Shown here piece after piece: positions 57,209-64,000 of a stretch of DNA of 64,000 nucleotides. The DNA comes from Rhizaria sp. SCN 62-66. Its lineage: Eukaryota. Position 1 is the stretch's first letter. Every line of letters starts with the position of its first letter. Where the stretch lies: the NCBI GenBank assembly GCA_001724265.1, contig MEDY01000104.1:62001-126000 (forward strand), written 5' to 3'. The notes beneath the pieces were generated by a model, which did no database searches, was not told where the DNA came from, and saw nothing but the letters and a program-made list of their open reading frames with translations. A program made the position numbers and the translations under genes.

Positions 57209-59493
57209 TCAGTTGACCATCCCCGAGGCCTTGAGCGAAGCCTTGACGATGATGTCCTTGACGCTGTGGAAGACATACGCAATGTTGCCGGGGTCCGTCG
57301 CGCACGTGAGGTGCGTCGTCAGCTTGTGGCCCATCGCACCACCACCGCCGCCGCCGCCGATGCTGCCGCCGCCGCCGCCGGTGGGGCTGGAGTTGTTCGC
57401 TCCGGGACTGCCGCCGCCAACGTTGGTGCTGTTGGCGGTCGTCGACGTGGTGTTGAGGCCGAACGCGGCCGCGGCGGAGCCCTTGTTGATGAGAGCGTTG
57501 GCGTTGACGTTGTTGTTAGTTGGGTTGTTGTTGCCGAGCGACTTTGAGACAGAACCGGTGTTGTTGTTGTTGGTGTTGTAGTAGTGGGCCGGCTTGAACG
57601 CGGGCGTGCCGTCCGCAGACGCGTTGTTGGCGTTGTACGAGTTGTTCTCAGGATCGTTGCCGCTGTTGGCGAGAGCAGAGACAGCGGCAGCGCCGTTTGT
57701 GGGACTCATGTCGGCGTGGTTCACGAAGCCGGAGCCGATGACGCTGTGCGTGTTGTTCGCGTTGTTCACGCTGGTGAGCGCGCTCACGCTCGTCAGCGTC
57801 GCCGTCGTCGCCGCGTTGTGTGCGTTGGCGCTCGCACTTGGACTGCCGATGACGTCGGCGCCAGCAGCGCCAGAGCCAGCGCCAGCCGTGGCAGCGGCAG
57901 TGGCGGCCGCGGCGTTGGCTGTGGCGGAAGCGTAGTTTGTAGTGCCGCTGTACACTGCAGCGCGCTCGAACTGGAGCTGGATCCACGCCGCGACAGCTTC
58001 GTACTCATTGGGGCCCTCGTAGTCGGGGAAAAAGAGCTTGAAGAGGACTTTGTCCTGCTCGATCTTCTCCCACAGCGCGTCGCACTTGTTCAACAGCAGG
58101 ATCACAGGCACGCCGCCCAGGTCCTTGGACGCGAGGCGGCACACCTCGGCGAAAAGAGCCAGCTCCTCTGCGAGGCGGTTGACGCTGGCGTCCTCCTTGA
58201 GCGGCATATCGAAGCTGGCCAGATTAGCCACGAAGACGATGACGGTCACATTGGTGAGGCACTTGACCCACTTGCGGCGCTCGCTGCGCTGGCCGCCCAC
58301 GTCGACGACGTTCATCACGCACCCGTCGACGGAGAAGCTGATCGTGTCGATGCCCGTCGTGCGCGCGCGGCAACGCAGAATGTCCTACATAAGTGGGGCG
58401 AAAAAGAAGAAGAAGAAGAAGATGATACAACGTTGTTATGAGAGAATGAATTTGAAGATTGACCAAAAAATTAAAGTTAATATGTAAATTACAAAACGTA
58501 GTTATAAAACAGAGTTATAATATCAAACAAGCATATCTCAAAGAGACATATAATCAAAGTCAAAATGTGTTACTCTGACACATTTTTTGATTTTCTCTTC
58601 TGAAACTGAAACAGAACACGACGACGTACCTGGTCGGTGGGCACGTACTGCGGGTCCGCAAGGTCGTGCAGGCGCGCGAAGAAGTACCCCGCGCAGTCGG
58701 GCAACTGAACCGCGGCGCGCCACTGGTAGGCCCAGAGCACGCCTGGGTCGTGCCAGAGCTTCATGATGTGGTAGCCGACGTCGAAGGAGACGTCCGAGTC
58801 GGCGTCGTGCTCCAGCACGGCCTGCCACGACGCGTACGCGTCCGGCCGTAGCTCGGGGCCCGGCTGGTGGAAGAAGGTGAACTCGGGCACGATCCCGCGG
58901 TACCGCGCCAGCTACGGCGGCGTCACGAGCGCGTGCCGCGCGTACGCCAGGATCTGAGCGGAGGCGGCGCCGCGCGGGCGAAAGGCGTAGATGTCGCTCA
59001 GCGGGCCGCCGGGGCCGTCCGCGCTTACGAGCGCCGTCGAGTGCGAGTTGTAGCTGTTGTTGGTGTTGTTAAGGGATGTGAGACTGGTGTCCGTGGCGTC
59101 GTCGCCGTAGTTGTTGCTGCCGCTGCTGTTGCTGATGTTAGGATTATTGTTGGCGGCCTGGCGCTGCACGTAGACCTTGGCGGTGCTGCGGAGCTCGTTC
59201 GACAGCGTGCGGCCGTGCACGAGCGTGTTCTTGCACAGCACCTGCATGCACGCGACCGAGTTGTGGTGCACGATACGGCGGTAATGCTCGCGCTCGGCGT
59301 TGGTGAAGCCGCGCGTGTAGAGCGACTGGAACTGGCGGAACAGCGTCGACTTGCCCGAGTCGCTGGCGCCCAGCAGCACGAGCTTGCTGGCGCAGAGGTT
59401 GCTGAGGTCGATGCCGGCGAGCGCTGAGTCGGTGGAGTGCAGGCCCGGCTTGAGGGACGCGCCGGCCGCCGAGGCGGAGCCGCACTGACCCAT
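57209..59493 (-). CDS. Heterotrimeric G-protein alpha subunit, with an in-frame TAG at 58912-58914
   Basis: Exons 59493-58630 and 58384-57209, intron GTACGT..TAG. MGQC acylation start, LLGASDSGKST, DILRCRARTTGI, DVGGQRSERRKW, LLNKCD, TCATD. The two listed ORFs 58912-59493 and 58570-58890 are in the same frame, separated by one TAG. Confidence 0.9.
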
Positions 59494-60225
59494 GGCGCAA
59501 GAGATAACAGCACTGGAGGGGGCTGCAAGCTAAAGATTAAAGAGCTGGTGCAAGGCCAGTCAGGTTTTGGAGAAGGCTTCCGCTATTGAAGCTACGGTTT
59601 GTGTGGAAGCAGCGAGGAAGGGGTTGGCTGCTGCTCGTGAGTTTGTCGGGTGCGAGAGGAAGATAGGGCGTGATAGAATAGAACAATCAAGTGAGGGCAG
59701 ATTCAACGAAAACAACGCGATAAAAAACTGGTACCAACGCAAAAGATCTTCTCCGCGTGGCGCTGGAGAGCCGTGGAGAGGAGAATCGCGGAGGGTGTTC
59801 GTCGTTTCTCTCAGCGAGTACTAGGACGAGTGCAGAAGTCCAGAAACACGGTTTTCTGAAAATAGAATAAAACAATTAAAGTGTAAACGTGACAATAGCA
59901 ATGTCAACAAGGCGAAATGAGGACTGCACGACCTAAATACACCAGGAATCGTGTCGCAAAATTCGCTTCACCCTAGGCAGTTCGTCCCACGTTTGGATAG
60001 CACGCTGCAGTTGTAACTGTCGCAACACACAAAAGTAGTGTACAGTCAGCCTTAACCATGCTTTATGAACATAATCTTACTATTGTATTACAGAAACAAG
60101 TATAAAGCAACGAATCACATTGGTACTTCATAAGCACAGACATATAGATAGCTAATTAACATGACGATAGTTGCAGCGAACTTCAAGTCAAGTCCCTTGT
60201 TTACTCCCCGCAGCCAGTCCCGCGC

Positions 60226-62879
60226 TCACCACTTGTACCTATTCTGCTTGGCCTTGGCGGCCTCTTCCTTGGCGGCGGCCTTCTTCTCCGCGGCCACGGT
60301 CTGCGCGATGACGCCCTCGCTGACGGCCTTGAACCCCGGCCGCGCCTGCAGCTGTTGCCACTCGCTGTGCTGGGCACAGTTCTGCGTGAAGAACCCTGTG
60401 CGCGCGATTGCCTGGTGGATCTGCTCCTCGCTATACACGTCCGCGCGCGGTGCCGCGTACAGCACCGAGCCCTTGCCCCGGCCCGCGTTGCCGCCGTTCG
60501 CGGCCGCGGCGGCGGAGGCGGCAGACGCGAGTTTGCCGTTAGTCGCGCCGAAGCCAGCTCCCGCCCCCAGCAGCTGCTGCGGCGGCTGCTGTCCGAGCTC
60601 CTTCTCGGCGGCAACCACGGCCGCGGCCATGGCGACCGCGCGCGCGCCCTCCTTGGCCGCGGGAACGCTGTAGTACGTGACGCGCGCGGCGGCGGCCTTG
60701 GCGGCGGCCAGCGCTGGCACCGAGTCGCGCTGCTTTGCAATAGCAACGGCTTCGGCCTCGGCGGCGGCCGTGGCAGCGGCGGCGGCCGCGGCGGCAGCAG
60801 CGGCGTTGATAGCAGCCTAAGGAGAAGAGAAAACAAGAAGAAAAACCGAGATGTGACGATGCTAGTACAGTTGTTTTGAGATACACATCGAGACATAGCA
60901 ACTTGAAGTAAAAGGTATTGTTTCATGATCGATTCAGCGAAGTAGGATATATGCGTTTTAGCGTCGTCGCAACTTAAACGTACCTTCGACTTGGGCTGTT
61001 GCACCGCGGCGCCACCGCCCGCGCCGGTGCCATGCCCCTTGCCCGCGGTGACCACCGCCGCCATCGCCGCCGCGGCCGCCGCGACCACGGCCGCGGACTC
61101 CTTGTTGTTGCGCTGCCCAGGCGCGGCGCGCGCCTTGGCCTCTCTGGCGGCGCGCGCCTGGCTCTGCAGCGCGCGCTCCTGCGCCGCCTGCAGCCGCGCC
61201 TTGTGGAGAATGTCGCCCGCGCCCGCCAGCGAGGGCTTCGCCAGTGGCGCCAACGCAGGCGCGCCGCGGGATAAAAGGACTACTCGGCTCTCGGCAGGGA
61301 CCGGGCCAGTCGCGGGCGCCGCTGCTGCTGACGCGGATGCCGCTGACGCTGCTGCTGATGAGGCTGAGGAAGAGGACAAGCGCTGCGTGTTGTTGCGGGG
61401 GACGCCACCGGTGCTGCCGGCGGTGTTGGCCGACCGGGCAGTCTGGGCGCGGCTTAACTTCGATGCAGTGGCGCTGTTGTTGGCACCGCTCCAGCCACTA
61501 GCAGTCGCGCTTGAGCTCGAGCTCGAGCTCGAACTGGCAGTGACGCTGGCGCTGGCACTGGCACTGGCACTTGAAGTTGCCGTCGGGACAGCGGGGCCGG
61601 AAGCACCTGTTGTGAAAAGTTACAAGAGAACGTATAAAACACACAGGATGTGGGTGAATAAAGTTAAAGCTAGATTTTGGTATAAATAAAGCCAAATTAC
61701 AATTTTAAGAAGTCTTTTGTTTAAACAGAGAAAATGTGACGTACCAGGAAGCATCTTGGCGATGGGCTTGGGCGCGACCATGGCCATGAGGTCGTAGCGC
61801 TTGCTCGCGCGCGCGTACGACGCCACGCTGATGCCAAGCCTGTCCACGGCCGCACGGTCGGCGCCCGCGGCCAGCAGCGCCGCGGCGGCGTCCGCGTGGC
61901 CCTTCTGCACGGCGAGCATGAGTGCGGTGAGGCCGCCGCGCGCCGAGGGGGCGTCGACCGCGGCCTTTGCGGCGAGCAGCAGTGAGATGGACGGCGCGTG
62001 GCCCGAGAGAGCGGCCAGGTGAAGCGGCGTGTAGCCGCCCGTGTCGGCGCGCGTGTGCGCGGCAAGCGCGGCGGCGAGCGCGGGCGGGCTCGACGCCGCG
62101 GCCGCGGGCGTGATCGAGGCGCTCACCTCGAACTCAACACTACCACTCGCACTACCGATGTTGCTGATATTAGAGCTAGAGTTGTTGTTGTTGTTGTTGT
62201 TGTTGTGGGCAGAGAGAAGGAGGTTGAGGATGGAGGCGTGCGCGGGGCTCTTGTGCGCGTTCGCGGCCGCGACGTGCACCGCAGTGCCGCCGCCGCCGCC
62301 ACCCAGCCCCCCAGCGCCAGTGGCCGTCGCCCGCAGCGGCGCCGCGACGCTGATCCCGTCGGTGAGAAGCAGAGTGGCAACGCGGGCGCGGTCCCCGGTC
62401 TCGATGGCGCGCGCCAGGCAGTCCAGCGCGGCCGTGGCCTGCGAGGGCGCCGAGGAGAGCGACTGCGAGAGCGCGAGCGAGGGGGAAAAGAAGCGGGGCC
62501 CGCCGCGCGCGTTGGGTCCTGCGAAAGACAGCACGGAGCCTCCCGAGGCGCTGGCCAGCGGGTTGCCGCCGTTGCTGCCGGTGGAGGCGGCAAGGCGGAG
62601 CACGGGCGGCAGGCCGCGGGCGTAAGGGTGGTCGGGGCGCAGAGACGACTCGGCAGCAGTCGCAGAGCTGGAGCTGGAGCTGGAGCCAGAACTGGAGCTG
62701 CTGGAGCTGGCCGTGTTGTTGTTGATCAGGGCGTAGTACGTGCCGATGTCGGACTGCGCGGCGGCGTAGTTGTAGGCGCTGGTAAGGGCAGGCCAGGAGT
62801 CGGTGCCGCAGGAAGAAGCATGGGCGGCAGCGGGCGCGTAGGCCGTCGCCACGTCGGCCCACGAGTGGGACTGGTCCAT
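60226..62879 (-). CDS. Ankyrin-repeat protein (~782 aa)
   Basis: Exons 62879-61745, 61606-60984, 60816-60226, both donors GTACGT, frame conserved. GTAVHVAA, GYTPLHLAALSGH, GLTALMLAVQKGH repeats. Start codon uncertain (possible acceptor at 62928). Confidence 0.85.
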
Positions 62880-63215
62880 CAGCAGGTCACTTGCACAAAC
62901 GTTAGCAATACGGCGTGAATATTGGGTCTGGATAGCTATAATTACAAAGAGAAATAAAAAAACGTAGTGTAAGTAAGGTTATATTCGAGATTCCTGTAAT
63001 GACGGTCATTTGCGCTGTTTACTGGTCGTTGAAACCCCAAGCCGTTTCGTCTCTATCGGTTCGCGCTCGCTCGGCCCGGTTGTGTTGTTGCGCAACGGAT
63101 GGTCATTTCGGTCTTGCTTTCGGAGTCACTGCTTTCCGTTAATAACACTTTAGCACAACTTTTCATAAAGTTTGCGTGCTTTTCTAGAGCTTTTTGTTAA
63201 TATTACGCTCACAAG

Positions 63216-64000
63216 ATGCCGCGGCCGTGGGCGTTGGACATCATACCAGTGCTCTCACCCTACGAAGAGACCGATGGCACAAAGTACCTCAGTACGTCAT
63301 CAAAACAGAAACTCTAACGATAAAATCACTCACTTAAGAAAACATCAACTATTGATATCTAGTATATCTGAATAACACTGATCAAGCTTATGAATGTCAC
63401 TCATGGTCCCACTTTCCCGTCCGCTCACTTGACCCTTTTCCTGCTGCTTGCTTCGTTGTCTTTGCGCGCGTGCAGCCGAGGCAGTCGTGGCCGTGGTGCC
63501 CAGTCGCCAGATCAACCCGCTGTTGAAGTGGCTCGCGCAGAACCTCCCGAATGCGCCACCGCACGTGCGCCGCGTCAAGGCCGTCATCTTCGCTCCCCCG
63601 CTCTCGTCCTCTGACAGCAGCACGAACGCTGACCGCAGCAAGACTAGTAAGCGCGTGCATGCGGGTCCCGTGAGCGCCGCCGTGGCCTCCGGCGCGCTCC
63701 CGCGTCCGCTGCCACCCCGCACAGTTGACCGCGACGATATCTTGGCCAAAGCCTCCGCTTTCGCGTGGCCCGCCCCCGCCGCGGCGGCGATTGACGGCGC
63801 TTATGTCGACTGCCGCACCTCTGTGAGCGCCGCGCCTGCCTGCGCTGCCTCCGCAGAGCGTGACGGCTGCGAGGGCGCGGACGGGTACGCCGCGGTGCTT
63901 CAGCAGCGGTCGCGGCCGTCGCCGCCGCACTCCCACCTTACGGCGTCTAGTCTAAGTACCTCGTCTGAGCCCGATCTAAGTAGCAGTGCCGCAACTGCTG
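63216..64000 (+). CDS. ADAT3: ADAT3/Tad3-like tRNA adenosine-34 deaminase subunit, 5' part (partial)
   Basis: Exon 63216-63291, intron 63292-63475 (GTACGT..CAG), exon from 63476 open to window end. WALDIIPVLS...RQINPLLKWLAQNLPNAPPHVRRVK resembles the ADAT3 N-terminus (PVLS...HLKRVR). Deaminase domain is not in the window. Confidence 0.7.

Noticed and set aside
1-64000. tRNA, rRNA, snRNA genes and autonomous transposon or viral genes
   Set aside because: None recognised by eye; small ncRNAs in introns or spacers cannot be excluded without covariance-model searches.

Overview
Eukaryotic (protist-like) nuclear DNA: very GC-rich exons separated by short AT-rich GT-AG introns and AT-rich spacers. 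I can model 12 complete and 2 partial genes: a NEPRO/Rmp1-like protein, a ~5,150-aa inner-arm axonemal dynein heavy chain, a CIB-like EF-hand protein, a Dcp1-like EVH1 protein, Prp8, proteasome alpha-2, a two-ring AAA+ protein, a secreted tandem SnoaL/NTF2-like protein, a PTB/hnRNP L-like RRM protein, Utp4, a G-protein alpha subunit, an ankyrin-repeat protein, the 5' end of ADAT3/Tad3, and the 3' end of an unidentified gene. The dynein implies a flagellated organism; I cannot assign a taxon. Most notable: (1) the dynein's first exon encodes a tandem CCDC81-type HU module spliced in frame to the motor; (2) the otherwise intact G-alpha gene has a single in-frame UAG, while none of 13 visible stops is UAG; (3) donors are strongly skewed to GTACGT next to a Prp8 with a rewritten RNase H beta-finger; (4) an 18-nt GT..AG quasi-palindrome recurs three times in frame inside the AAA gene; (5) that AAA protein has degenerate Walker B motifs and an FG-repeat insert; (6) a TA-flanked MITE lies just after the G-alpha stop. 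All family calls are by eye from remembered motifs; no searches were run.
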